A stretch of 63,785 nucleotides of DNA, filler included, from Octopus bimaculoides (GCF_001194135.2; 4 parts of 4 records of this genome joined end to end with filler, not necessarily neighbours in it); one strand, 5' to 3'; shown: positions 38,689 through 50,440, counted from the whole stretch's first letter. A program made the numbers and translations. Notes: generated from the letters alone by a model not told the origin.

Positions 38689-40220
38689 AGAAAGTCCAAA
38701 GAAGGGAAAACCGGAGGAAGAAAAAATTGCCACCGATATCCACGAGGTTACATTGTGGAAGGACCGGAAGGGAAAATATATATATACATATATATATAAA
38801 TACAAAATGGGACAAGAACTCAAAACATCCAGACAGTTAGGTGATACAAGAAAGGGACAACAAAACATCCAGATAGACGATACAAAGAAAACAAGGACAG
38901 GTCATTTGGAGTTTTCTTTCCTCAGTCGAGTTCCAGATTATCTTTGCAATTTCGGCTGGTTATACTTGAGATTGCTCCAATCTGGCCAGCCCCAAGGAAA
39001 AAAATATGCTAAGAACATTAGATTCCTTGGAAGAAAACAGCAAATGTATACAAAAACAAGGATGGAAAAAAACAGAGAAGGTTACACAAATACAAATAAC
39101 AGGACATAACAACAGGTGTCTTTCGACCAAGAATGAATTAAATTAAGCTGGCGTGTGTGGAAGTAAAGCTTACGGTAGGGATACAAGATTTCACAGGCAC
39201 AGGGAAGAATATTGATGTTGCNNNNNNNNNNNNNNNNNNNNNNNNNNNNNNNNNNNNNNNNNNNNNNNNNNNNNNNNNNNNNNNNNNNNNNNNNNNNNNN
39301 NNNNNNNNNNNNNNNNNNNNNNNNNNNNNNNNNNNNNNNNNNNNNNNNNNNNNNNNNNNNNNNNNNNNNNNNNNNNNNNNNNNNNNNNNNNNNNNNNNNN
39401 NNNNNNNNNNNNNNNNNNNNNNNNNNNNNNNNNNNNNNNNNNNNNNNNNNNNNNNNNNNNNNNNNNNNNNNNNNNNNNNNNNNNNNNNNNNNNNNNNNNN
39501 NNNNNNNNNNNNNNNNNNNNNNNNNNNNNNNNNNNNNNNNNNNNNNNNNNNNNNNNNNNNNNNNNNNNNNNNNNNNNNNNNNNNNNNNNNNNNNNNNNNN
39601 NNNNNNNNNNNNNNNNNNNNNNNNNNNNNNNNNNNNNNNNNNNNNNNNNNNNNNNNNNNNNNNNNNNNNNNNNNNNNNNNNNNNNNNNNNNNNNNNNNNN
39701 NNNNNNNNNNNNNNNNNNNNNNNNNNNNNNNNNNNNNNNNNNNNNNNNNNNNNNNNNNNNNNNNNNNNNNNNNNNNNNNNNNNNNNNNNNNNNNNNNNNN
39801 NNNNNNNNNNNNNNNNNNNNNNNNNNNNNNNNNNNNNNNNNNNNNNNNNNNNNNNNNNNNNNNNNNNNNNNNNNNNNNNNNNNNNNNNNNNNNNNNNNNN
39901 NNNNNNNNNNNNNNNNNNNNNNNNNNNNNNNNNNNNNNNNNNNNNNNNNNNNNNNNNNNNNNNNNNNNNNNNNNNNNNNNNNNNNNNNNNNNNNNNNNNN
40001 NNNNNNNNNNNNNNNNNNNNNNNNNNNNNNNNNNNNNNNNNNNNNNNNNNNNNNNNNNNNNNNNNNNNNNNNNNNNNNNNNNNNNNNNNNNNNNNNNNNN
40101 NNNNNNNNNNNNNNNNNNNNNNNNNNNNNNNNNNNNNNNNNNNNNNNNNNNNNNNNNNNNNNNNNNNNNNNNNNNNNNNNNNNNNNNNNNNNNNNNNNNN
40201 NNNNNNNNNNNNNNNNNNNN

Positions 40221-40266
<46 letters not shown>

Positions 40267-40267
40267 T

Positions 40268-40541
40268 ATATGGGCACAGGACGTCACCAACTGTAAACAA
40301 CACAAAGTATGGAAAGTAACACAAGGAACGACCCTTCATCAGCTGTCTATCTACTTCTCATTTCGTTTGTTGTTGAATGCTTCAGATGAGGGGTTGATAG
40401 ACAGCTGGCAACTGATGAAGAGTCATTGTTTGTGTTACTTTTCCTGTTTTCAATATTTTTTTCTCTTGCTGTTTGTGTATTTAACTCGCTTGTTTTTGTA
40501 CTTTGTGTTGTTTACAGTTGGTGATGTCTTGTGCCCATATA
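40268..40541. mobile_element. Fold-back/MITE with ~42-bp outer TIRs and inner inverted repeats
   Basis: TATGGGCACAGGACGTCACCAACTGTAAACAACACAAAGTA / TACTTTGTGTTGTTTACAGTTGGTGATGTCTTGTGCCCATA; inner CTTCATCAGCTGTCTATC / GATAGACAGCTG. Confidence 0.8.
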
Positions 40542-40576
<35 letters not shown>

Positions 40577-41799
40577 TATTATATTGTATTATATAAACTT
40601 ATTAAAAAGACATATGTAACTCCTAGCAAATGTGGAGAGTGCCACTTTTTTTCATTTGTCCCTTCACTAATACATATATATATACACATACACACACACA
40701 TAAAGTTTACAGATCCAATAGAGGTAGAATCAACAAAAAAGTACTCCATCCAGTGAGAGATAAATATCAATTTAAATACACAACTAATNNNNNNNNNNNN
40801 NNNNNNNNNNNNNNNNNNNNNNNNNATATATATATATATATAAATTTTTTTCAGAATGAGATAAAAATCCAAGGCCGTGAAAGATTTCAGAACATTTATA
40901 AATAGAATGTCTTACAGCTGTTTCTGGGATATTTTATATATCCCTTCATTGGAGACTGTGAGAAAATGGTTAATGGTTAAGCAATAGTTAATTTAGATAA
41001 GATATGAAATAGAGAGTGAAGTGGAGGAATGAAAATAGATGTGAGATATGCGGGGATATTGCATTTGTAGATCCATTATTTAGGCAAAATGGTCTATATA
41101 TAAGATTCCAATACCTTGTGAGTAGGTTCCAATAGTATTTAAAATTGGTCATTCCAAGTATAGAGTTTGTACACAGTGCTATTGAATTGAGAGTTTTATT
41201 TAAAGTGACCTAAAAGATGGGAATGTATTTGTCAGGTCAAATCAAAAACAAGAAGAGAGGAATAAAGAAAAGAAAAAAGAAAAGCAACGAGAGAAATAAT
41301 AAAGAGATGAAGAGAGGGAAAGTGTACTGGCTAGTAATCAGTCAAGATAAATTGATAGTAGGAATGGGGAGGTGAGGGTGATAGAGAGAGAAAGATACGA
41401 GGATATAAAAAGATGATAGGGAAAAGAGTAAAGGAGTGTCAGATAGAAGGAATGGGGTGGGGTAGAGAGAGAGAGGTATAATAGTGTAAAAAGTAAAGGA
41501 GTGACAGGTTTGTAGTGATAGAACCTAAGTGATGGGGCTGGGAGAGGGGGTAGAGGTAGTAATATGGTGGAATGAAGAATTTGGGAATATAGGTTAGGCT
41601 GGTTGGACAGGTCAATGCTTAGTAGTAGAAAATATATATGTGAAGATGTATACAGATGCATATATTAAACATGTATAAAGATATTTATACCGATATTTAT
41701 ACATATCAACATCTACACATACAACTCATACTCATATGTATATGTACATATGTACACCCATATATACGTGTATCTGTATGTATTGTCACCCCTGCACAC

Positions 41800-41942
41800 G
41801 AAAAATACCTTAGGAATGAGAACCCAGGTTCAAAATTTCCCCAAGACACCCGAAGAAGGCTGGAGGGTATATCAGCCGAAACGTGTTAACAACAAACAAG
41901 ACAAGGACAAATATCTGTCGACTGTAAATAATGTAAATAAAC
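41800..41942 (+). mobile_element. ~140-bp hammerhead-bearing repeat (family B, third copy; Penelope terminal-repeat-like)
   Basis: Aligns by eye with 23640-23780 (AAAATACCTTAGGAATGAGAACCCAGG...GGCTGGAGGGTATATCAGCCGAAACG...AATGTAAATAA); core degraded to CCGAAGA. Confidence 0.7.
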
Positions 41943-42099
41943 CCTGAAGCTTTCTATAAATTTGCAAGGGAAACAGCCACAATGCAATATAAAATAGGAC
42001 CATTGTTCCATGGAAATAGCTTACTGACTGCAAACCCAGAAAGGGTAAGTTAGGTACTCAGTGAACAATTTTAAAGTATTTTCACCTCTCCACTTGGAC

Positions 42100-43170
42100 A
42101 CTTGCAGATAAAAAACTTGGCTGAATTATTTAATAATGACCATAGATGAAATGAGCTCAAGCTCAGCAACTGGTCCTGGTGGTTTCCCATCTATTATTCT
42201 CAAGTCATGTAAGCAGGCTTTAGCAAAACCACTTCAGATACTTTTCCAGAGTTTTCTTGCAAGTGGTAAACTTACTAAAAGGCTGAAAGAAGGCATTATA
42301 TGTCCTATCCACAAAGATGGGAGCAGAGCAGAGGCCAAAAACTACAGGCCAGTCTCTCTGATTTCACATATCAGTAAAGTCATGGAACAAATCATCATCA
42401 TCATCATCATCATCGTCGTTTAACGTCCGCTTTCCATGCTAGCATGGGTTGGACGATTTGACTGAGGACTGGTGAAACCGGATGGCAACACCAGGCTCCA
42501 GTCTGATTTGGCAGAGTTTCTACAGCTGGATGCCCTTCCTAACGCCAACCACTCAGAGTGTAGTGGGTGCTTTTAGAAAGAAACTGATAATGTTCCTAGA
42601 AGAAAATGACCTACTGAACAATACACAGCATGGCTTTTGTCCAGGAAGAAGCTGCCTCACACAGCTCTTACAGCACTATGACTGGGCTTTGAAACAAATG
42701 CTTAACCATTCAGATGTCACTGCGATATATCTTCACTCAGCAAAAGCATTTGATAAGGTAGATCATGACATATGTCATAAGCTGCAAAACCTTGGCCTTA
42801 CTGGTAAATTGGGAGAGTGGCTACATGACTTCTTTAAAGACAGAAGTCAAGCAGTTGCAGCCAATGGTGCCCATTCTGAGGAAACTCAAATTCTAAGTGA
42901 TGTCTCCCAGAGAACTGTCTTAGAGCAGTTACTGTTTATAATAGCCCTCTTAGACATGCCCATGGTCACTTGGACAGCCATTGTCACTAGCTACATCAAT
43001 GATACAAATTATCACACACAATAAAAAATGCAGTATACAAGTGGGTTGAAGTAAACAAGAAGTTTAATGCTGGAAAATTTCAAGCACTGCGCTATCAACT
43101 CATGAATGCACGACAGCCTGCATATACAGGACCCAAAGGCACTACAATCCCAGAGTCACAGTCAGTGGAA
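42100..43170 (+). mobile_element. CR1-clade LINE reverse transcriptase fragment, interrupted by a (GAT)n-tailed repeat
   Basis: ATGPGGFPS..LK, NYRPVSLISHISKVMEQI, QHGFCPGRSCLTQLL, AKAFDKVDH; the reading resumes after the 42394-42574 insertion. Confidence 0.92.
42394..42574 (-). mobile_element. 5'-truncated (GAT)n-tailed retroposon (RTE 3' UTR or derived SINE)
   Basis: Same family as 34930-35250, 25130-25405, 30490-30560 and 55990-56100; contains GATGCCCTTCCTAACGCCAAC and an ATC-repeat tail. Confidence 0.8.
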
Positions 43171-43477
43171 GACTTTGCACGCTGTGAGATTGAACTCAAG
43201 ACCACATAGTTGGAAAGCAAATAGTCATGCTCACACCAGTCTTTTCTAGCGAATGAACTTAAGCTCTCAATGAGGTTGTCCCAGCATGTCTGCAGCCCGA
43301 TGATAACATANNNNNNNNNNNNNNNNNNNNNNNNNNNNNNNNNNNNNNNNNNNNNNNNNNNNNNNNNNNNNNNNNNNNNNNNNNNNNNNNNNNNNNNNNN
43401 NNNNNNNNNNNNNNNNNNNNNNNNNNNNNNNNNNNNNNNNNNNNNNNNNNNNNNNNNNNNNNNNNNNNNNNNNNNNN

Positions 43478-43510
<33 letters not shown>

Positions 43511-44194
43511 TGCCGTTAGTAATTAATTACTCAGGGTATGGTGGCATTTATGTAGTAAAACACAAAAAATAATTGTGCCTTTATAGCACGTAATGGAAAC
43601 GTTGTAGAAATGTATGCAGCACGTGTACTACTTCAGTACTATACGTTGCTTAAATATTGAGATTGAAGGACAGGGACGAATTATGCCTAGCTAATCTACA
43701 AAAAAAAATATTTTGCATTTTATACATAGTAATCAAAGTAACCTTCATAATTTCATTGAATTAGGTCCATATTTTACCATGAAAGGAAAATGTTGCTATA
43801 GATCTATTTTATTCAAGGAAGGCACTGCCTACCTTGACAGCACGTCTCTGATATATATTGAAATAGTGGATCTCGAATCACACATAAATATATAAATAGC
43901 ATGTAAATATTGGGTTGAGAAACCCTTTTGTTTAGAAAAAGTCAAAGTCAACAATCTATGTATATACTTGTGTTTATCAGAAGTTTTAATGTCTTCCGTC
44001 TACTATAACTGGCCTGTATATATTTAAATACACACACACACACACACAAACACTCATCAAGTCAATTTCTCAATTTCTTATATAGCTTTTACAGACAGAT
44101 GGTTCCTTTTTCTTAATTCACACGTATGTTGTTTCACTTTGTAAATTCTCAGAAATTGTTCTTCCGAGATGCAAAATCTCCTTTTACGGCAGAT

Positions 44195-44433
44195 TCCCGA
44201 CCAATCAGTATTGCAAAACAAAGTGATAGTGAAAATATTTGATACCTAGAAATCGTCGTTGTGACCAAGTGTGTATATGTATAAGAGCTATTACTCATTC
44301 ATTTATCGGTTTTTCTACTTGTAAACCCTGAAGAGGAAAACAAGATAGCGAATTTCAGCAAATTAATTACTTTCTTGTTGCCGTCACCGGTTTTTGTCTC
44401 TTTCAAGAACATTCCCGTTTTTACCAGGTACGG
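44195..44433 (+). promoter_or_regulatory. Candidate Pol II promoter and non-coding first exon
   Basis: GACCAATCAG (CCAAT 44201-44205), TATAAGA at 44280, CAG|GTACGG donor at 44428; unique, CpG-retaining sequence. Confidence 0.3.
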
Positions 44434-45465
44434 AACAATTTATTTGGTAACGTTCATCATTTCATTATGCTTTGTATGTATGTTATTACCTAATATATTT
44501 CGTGTTAGTCATTAATTTTTGATAAAGTTGTCGAATCTGATTCTGTTTGGTCTTTTTCTGTTTATTACCCCCGGTACTAAACAGAAAGATCACAGAGAAA
44601 CGACATGCTGGACTACTCGGGAATGTCTACAAATTTTTTTTAAATGTGCTGTTTTTATTGTTTATAAAATATATTATAAAGCAGTAATTAAAGCCAGTTT
44701 AATTAATGTTATATGATCTTTAAGCATTATTTACTCTACTCCAGTAGAATCCCCGAATATCTACGAGAATTGTGTTGGTTTATCTTAGGCATGCCCGGGA
44801 GGTTGGCAGTAAAGTACGAGGTTAAATTTCTCGATTTTTTATTGTCTTTCATAACCTCTCCCACAAACGGCATTATCTTAACTTACTATTATATACGCTG
44901 TTTTAAGTCTATAAAATATACCATAAAACGTCATTAACTCAGTTTAATTAATATGTAAATCGTGTAAAAATTATGACTAATTTGTAAATTGGAGTAAATG
45001 TATCCTTTCGTTATGTGATGCCCCTTTGGTTGTGTCCATATTTCGTTGTTTACGTAGACTCAACGACTTTGCCTGATCAAATTCTTGTGAGTCATTAAAC
45101 AAACTGTCAGTTTAGTTTAATGGAGAACGAGTTCTTTTGAGTTTAGCCAGGTGTAAAAGTCTGTAAGGTTCAGATTACATATAGTCCATCTCTACCGAGT
45201 CGCCATATGAATAAATGACATATTAGTTGTGACCATCCCGTTTTTTTGTTCGATGTATTATATTCAAGACAATGTATGCGAAAGAATTTAGCTGCTATTT
45301 CCAGCAGCTAAAAAGTAGGTACATAAAGGGTTCCCTTGCGATGACTAGTCAGTGGTTGTTCCTGTTGCTGAGATGCCAAGACTCTTGATTAATGATATAA
45401 ATGCGTGTAATGAATATTTAGGCAATATTTCGTACTGGTATCGAATGATCGCCAATATTTAAATG

Positions 45466-45628
45466 TTTGGTACTACTAAAGCAGCACGGTCCCGAACGCG
45501 CTAGCTAGTCGTGAGTGGTCGATCCTAACCCTAAACACGTATTCATTTGCACACGCGGGTTAGGGTTAGGATCGACCACTCAAGACTAGCTAGCGCGTTC
45601 GGGACCGTGCTGCTTTAGTAGTACCAAA
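45466..45628. repeat. Near-perfect palindrome (69-bp arms) with telomeric repeats
   Basis: Arms 45466-45534 and 45560-45628 differ at one position; inner ends are CCTAACCCTAA / GGTTAGGGTTAGG; 25-nt loop. Confidence 0.95.
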
Positions 45629-46182
45629 TGTTCTACAAATACGACTTATTAATTGAAAAATTAAATAAATAAGTCTAATAGATATTCTAGCAGATCGAGA
45701 CCTCAGTTCACCTATTTATTCGGTTTCTGCAAATACTGTGAATCAGTTTAATATAGGGGTATATAACGTCTTTAGGGAAGTAAGAAGGTAAACCTGAGCG
45801 AAATTATTCAGTTATTTAATTTATGTAATGGACGAAAAACTGGAATATATAAGACCAGCTTTTTTTAATGACATTCACCAACTATCCTTGGGGCTGGCCC
45901 TCATCTTGCAAATCTATGATCAGAAACGCTCCAGCTATGGCCATCTCGTTTAATATTTTATTTATTTTTTTATTTCTGGAGGTAAAATAGTGAATTTTTT
46001 TTAAGGGGGAATCGCATGACCGGGACATATAGAACACATCATCGAAAACGAAAATCGCCCAACTTAAAAAATAAAAAAGTTACAGCCATTTTCTCTCAGT
46101 GTCTAATTCCAATGTCCACCAGTTTTTTTTTTTTTTCCGGAGGTTTGAGGTGGAGAGGAGTTTCAGAAAATTCACACGAGTC

Positions 46183-46282
46183 NNNNNNNNNNNNNNNNNN
46201 NNNNNNNNNNNNNNNNNNNNNNNNNNTTAATTAATTAANNNNNNNNNNNNNNNNNNNNNNNNNNNNNNNNNNNNNNNNNNNN
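46183..46282. other. Artificial scaffold/contig linker
   Basis: Same 44 N + TTAATTAATTAA + 44 N pattern. Confidence 0.95.
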
Positions 46283-46291
46283 TTTCAAGTT

Positions 46292-46321
46292 GGCTGCGTG
46301 TTTGAATCACGTCGGGGGTCA
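46292..46321 (+). pseudogene. tRNA-Trp 3'-half fragment
   Basis: GGCTGCGTGTTTGAATCACGTCGGGGGTCA vs eukaryotic tRNA-Trp GGCTGCGTGTTCGAATCACGTCGGGGTCA (from memory); no anticodon arm upstream. Confidence 0.65.
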
Positions 46322-46389
46322 CAACTTTATAGGAAAGTGGGTTATACATCATTAGATGTATACCTGACTTTCCTATATAAAATTAAGAA

Positions 46390-46689
46390 TATAACGGAAC
46401 GCTGAACTCCAGACTATCAACTTAAACAACATTTATTCAGGTGGTAAATATATACATCTTTAGCTCTTGTTTGTTGTTACAGCTTCTGTGTGTGTGAGCA
46501 TAGTTGTTGGGACGTTGTTATGTAGATGTGAGCGAGCTGTCTAGCGTAAGTTCGAAAGATGGAGAGAGACAGCTAAACACGTCCATGCTCAATCGCTGGC
46601 CAGCAAGAAAGAGACAGAATGAAGCGGGAAAGCTTGCTTGTTGAATTCCACGCATGCGTGAGACTACGCATGTGCACGGCGTTACTACA
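46390..46689 (-). mobile_element. Probable 3' LTR of the minus-strand Gypsy
   Basis: Starts TGTAGTAAC after a purine-rich AAGAAGATTAGG (degenerate PPT); contains TATATAT and AATAAA. The end boundary is approximate. Confidence 0.5.
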
Positions 46690-46748
46690 ACCTAATCTTC
46701 TTAAATGCGTAAACAAATATATTACTCACGACATTATTTTTTATGATA

Positions 46749-46842
46749 TACTAGCAGAAATACCCGGCGTTGCCCGGGTTAAAGAGAATAATGAAATCTA
46801 AAAACGCCGTCTAGACTACGCATCATCTTTATATATAGAGAT
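46749..46842 (+). mobile_element. Short Helitron/Helentron-like non-autonomous element
   Basis: ATACTAGC...CCCGGCGTTGCCCGGG palindrome near the 5' end and TATATATAGAGAT 3' end, reminiscent of DINE/HINE-type elements. Confidence 0.4.
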
Positions 46843-46879
46843 GTATATACACACACGCACCCAAACACAAGTATATATA

Positions 46880-47755
46880 TGTATATCAATATAGACACCT
46901 GCAAAAACATATTTTTATCTTCAAGAGTTTTCCATCTAGTCTTTCTTAAAGCTCTCTTGAATGTGTCGACGAATCTTTCTGCTAACCCATTTGACCTTGG
47001 ATGGTATGGCGGAGTTAACACATACCTCATTTGAACCGACTTATGAACCCACCATTGCACTTTCTTCTGGTTTTGGAAGCGGATAATTGTAATTTTTTAA
47101 ACAATCATTAAGACCAGTTGAGAAGTCCGCACATACTCTTATTTCGTTGTTCTTTTTTATATATGCCCACTTTTGCAATTACCTCCATGTCTTCCAATCT
47201 TATTAATTACATAGTGTATGCAGTGGTAGATCCCCTTAAATCTGTCCCGAACAGATTCATTGTATTCTTAGATACCATTAATTTACTTTTCCGCGTCATG
47301 CCGTCTTATTTCAGGTGAAATTTCGCCCAAGAATACCGTAAGCTATCCTAATAGTTTTTTCATACATCGGCCTGCCTATCTTACTCCATGCCGTATTTAT
47401 TATCGATACGTCTGAACCTGTATCTAATTGCATTTTGGTCTGAAAACCATTTATTTCTACCAACACAAATTTTCGATTTTGTATGGTATAATTTACTTTT
47501 GTTGAGTAGACTTTTTCGGTTTTACGATTTTCTTCGACCAGCATTTCGTCTGTATATGCCCAATTTTACCACACTTACAGCATGTTTTATCTCAAAATGT
47601 CGGTCTATGCAAGCATTGCACTGTTTTGAATTATTATATTTTCTTCTATCGATACTTTCTTTACACATTTGTACATTATTATTATTGTCTTCTATTGTTC
47701 TTGTATCATCTTGAAGGTTTATTATTTGTTCGCATTCCTTAGCCACTTTCTGCAA
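46880..47755 (-). mobile_element. Second deleted Ty3/Gypsy element (gag knuckle, protease, RT start, integrase core)
   Basis: QLDTGSDVSII (protease); IRVCADFSTGLNDCLKNYNYPLPKPEE (RT start); TPPYHPRSNGLAERFVDTFKRAL (integrase). Confidence 0.9.
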
Positions 47756-47764
47756 TGTTAGTTT

Positions 47765-48161
47765 TGTAGTGGCGCGAAATTATGGCCGCCATTAAGGAAG
47801 TACAATCTACGCATGCGCAAGGGACTTGCCTTCCCGGAAGCCCCTCGAGTACGCATGCGTAGTAAACCAGTACTTAAAGCGCTTCGCGTGCTTTCTAAGC
47901 CTCTTTAGCGTGATGCTTTCGACGTGACAACTACTTGCTCCTTTGGCATGCCTCAACGAAGCTCTTAATATCCAGATGCCGATTACAAGTCAACCAGCGG
48001 CTGCTAGGCTGAATGACACAGGACTTGTAAAGCCAAGCATCACCAAAATAAAACTTATTTTTATTATGTTGTTAATTGTTCTACTGTTTCTTAATATATA
48101 ATTTTGTTGAAAGGTGATAGGGAGAGGTTAAAGTCTCTATTGTTACTATCAACCTTTTACA
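47765..48161 (+). mobile_element. 5' LTR of Ty3/Gypsy element
   Basis: Begins TGTAGT, ends TTTTACA, contains AATAAA, and is followed by PBS TGGTGACCCC (48163-48172). The 3' part is repeated at 48260-48524 across a gap. Confidence 0.8.
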
Positions 48162-48514
48162 CTGGTGACCCCAAGTACAGAATACGGAATTTTCTCTNNN
48201 NNNNNNNNNNNNNNNNNNNNNNNNNNNNNNNNNNNNNNNNNNNNNNNNNNNNNNNNNNNGCGTGATGCTTTCGACGTGACAACTACTTGCTCCTTTGGCA
48301 TGCCTCAACGAAGCTCTTAATATCCAGATGCCGATTACAAGTCAACCAGCGGCTGCTAGGCTGAATGACACAGGACTTGTAAAGCCAAGCATCACCAAAA
48401 TAAAACTTATTTTTATTATGTTGTTAATTGTTCTACTGTTTCTTAATATATAATTTTGTTGAAAGGTGATAGGGAGAGGTTAAAGTCTCTATTGTTACTA
48501 TCAACCTTTTACAC

Positions 48515-48524
48515 TGGTGACCCC
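48515..48524 (+). promoter_or_regulatory. Primer-binding site complementary to tRNA-Trp 3' end
   Basis: TGGTGACCCC is the reverse complement of ...GGGGUCACCA of eukaryotic tRNA-Trp; lies 1 nt after the LTR-terminal CA. Confidence 0.7.
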
Positions 48525-48961
48525 AAGTACAGAATACGGAATTTTCTCTCTCTCAACTCGTCAACCGGGAAGAGACAACAATAAAAAAAATTTGTCACGA
48601 TGACAACGCCTGCCTTTCAAAACAACTCTCCATTGAGAGACGAAGAAAGAAACAGTAATAAACAACCGCTGCATATCCACATGGTGTCAATTGGACTGCA
48701 TTACTTCAAAAGTATCATATCTTGTGTTACTAACAGGACAACAGTAAAATACAACAGACACACACACACATTTAATTTCTCTGTCCTGTCCTGGTTACAT
48801 CTCTCTTGCAGAAAAAATACGAGAAGGTTGGTGAAATTTTTTTCCTGCACGCAGTACAAGCAACACACACAAANNNNNNNNNNTGTCCTCGTATCAAGAG
48901 AATTTTATTCATTGTTCCTTTTCTTTCCTTTTCACTTTGACGGAATCATTCTCGAACAAAT

Positions 48962-49823
48962 ATGTCGTCACACATGTTACCTCCATTCACTGGTGATGTG
49001 CTCTTACGGTTCGCTCCACTAGAAGCTCACATTGATGCATATGGAATTTCTCCGTCGAAACAACTGCAATTGCTCTATTGTAGTTTACCAACACAGCTTG
49101 CAACATCTGCCAGAGATCTAGTTACATCCCCGAACCCAGACGACACTTATGCGTCTGTAAAGGCAGAAATTTTGCGACGCAACACGAAGTCTGCCGAAAG
49201 CAGATTTAATGAGCTGATGGCTGATGAAGAATTAGGGGACAGGACACCATCAGAGTTTTTACGCCNNNNNNNNNNNNNNNNNNNNNNNNNNNNNNNNNNN
49301 NNNNNNNNNNNNNNNNNNNNNNNNNNNNNNNNNNNNNNNNNNNNNNNNNNNNNNNNNNNNNNNNNNNNNNNNNNNNNNNNNNNNNNNNNNNNNNNNNNNN
49401 NNNNNNNNNNNNNNNNNNNNNNNNNNNNNNNNNNNNNNNNNNNNNNNNNNNNNNNNNNNNNNNNNNNNNNNNNNNNNNNNNNNNNNNNNNNNNNNNNNNN
49501 NGCAGATAAGATTCTTGAATTTTTCCGCCCAGCCTGCACACGGCGCCTGTCTCTCTTCTGAGGCTTCATCAATTGCCTCACATAAATCCTCTCCCTCCTA
49601 TGATGTTTTTGCTGACAAACTGGAAGAACTTACGCGTCAGATGAATGATCTGTGCCGTTCTAAGCGGTCTTTTTCACGCTCTCGTAGCAGATCTCGTAGT
49701 CATTCAACATCTAGGACACAACCTGGTATGTGCTGGTATCATACGAAATTCGCTGAAAAGGCACGCAAGTGCATCCAGCCATGCTCCTTTAAAGTTTCGG
49801 AAAACTTCCAAGGAAGAAATTGA
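48962..49823 (+). mobile_element. gag: Gypsy gag (gap 49266-49501)
   Basis: LPPFTGD...YASVKAEILRR...LMADEELGDRTPSEFLR; C-terminal RSRSRSRS...CWYHTKFAEKARKCIQPCSF. Confidence 0.88.
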
Positions 49824-50440
49824 GCACGTCTGTTTCTTCCTCTCCACCTATCTTTCATCGTGCAATTTTTGTCCAGGATCAGGTGTCGAAGAAGTCCTTC
49901 ATGATTGACACCGGGTCGTGCTGTAGTATTTGGCCTCTTCGTTTTACTACTGACAAACCTAAGCATTCGCTTATAGTGTTGCATGCAATTGATTCCTCCC
50001 CGATAAATACATTTGGTCAGCTTTCTCTACGCCTAGACATTGGACTTCTTAGAGATTTTCAATGGGTTTTTGTCATAGCTGACATTCCGCATCCTATTTT
50101 GGGTGCGGATTTTAAAAATCATTTTAACTTGTTGGTAGATGTTCGGCGTCAGAGGCTTGTCGACGATTCGACATCCCTCTTTACGCCGGCAAAGGGCTCT
50201 ACTAACTCAACTCTAAGTCCAGCGTTTTTTATTGCTACTGCTGGGGATGTTTTTCATTCGCTTCTAGCTTCCTTTCCCGAGCTGATGGGCATAACTTTTA
50301 AGCCGGCAAAGCCCGCTCATTCCACCCTCCATTATATCAAAACAACTGGGCCGCCTGTTTTTTCGCGCCCACGACGTCTGGCACCGGACCGCTTTAAGAC
50401 GGCTAAGGCCGAGTTTGAACACATGCTTCAACTTTTTTAA
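49820..50440 (+). mobile_element. pol: Gypsy protease and start of RT (-1 frame to gag)
   Basis: FMIDTGSCCSIWP, IPHPILGADF, HYIKTTGPPVFSRPRRLAPDR..AKAEFEHML, then stop at the deletion junction. Confidence 0.9.

Noticed and set aside
38627-39109. 160-aa plus-strand ORF
   Set aside because: Low-complexity, built from repeat termini and an (AT)n run; no recognisable domain.
40330-40430. Two CTGATGA motifs within the fold-back element
   Set aside because: No GAAA or stem III found downstream on either strand.
47900-48550. Apparent double LTR-PBS
   Set aside because: Identical sequence on both sides of an N gap; most likely an assembly overlap rather than tandem LTRs.
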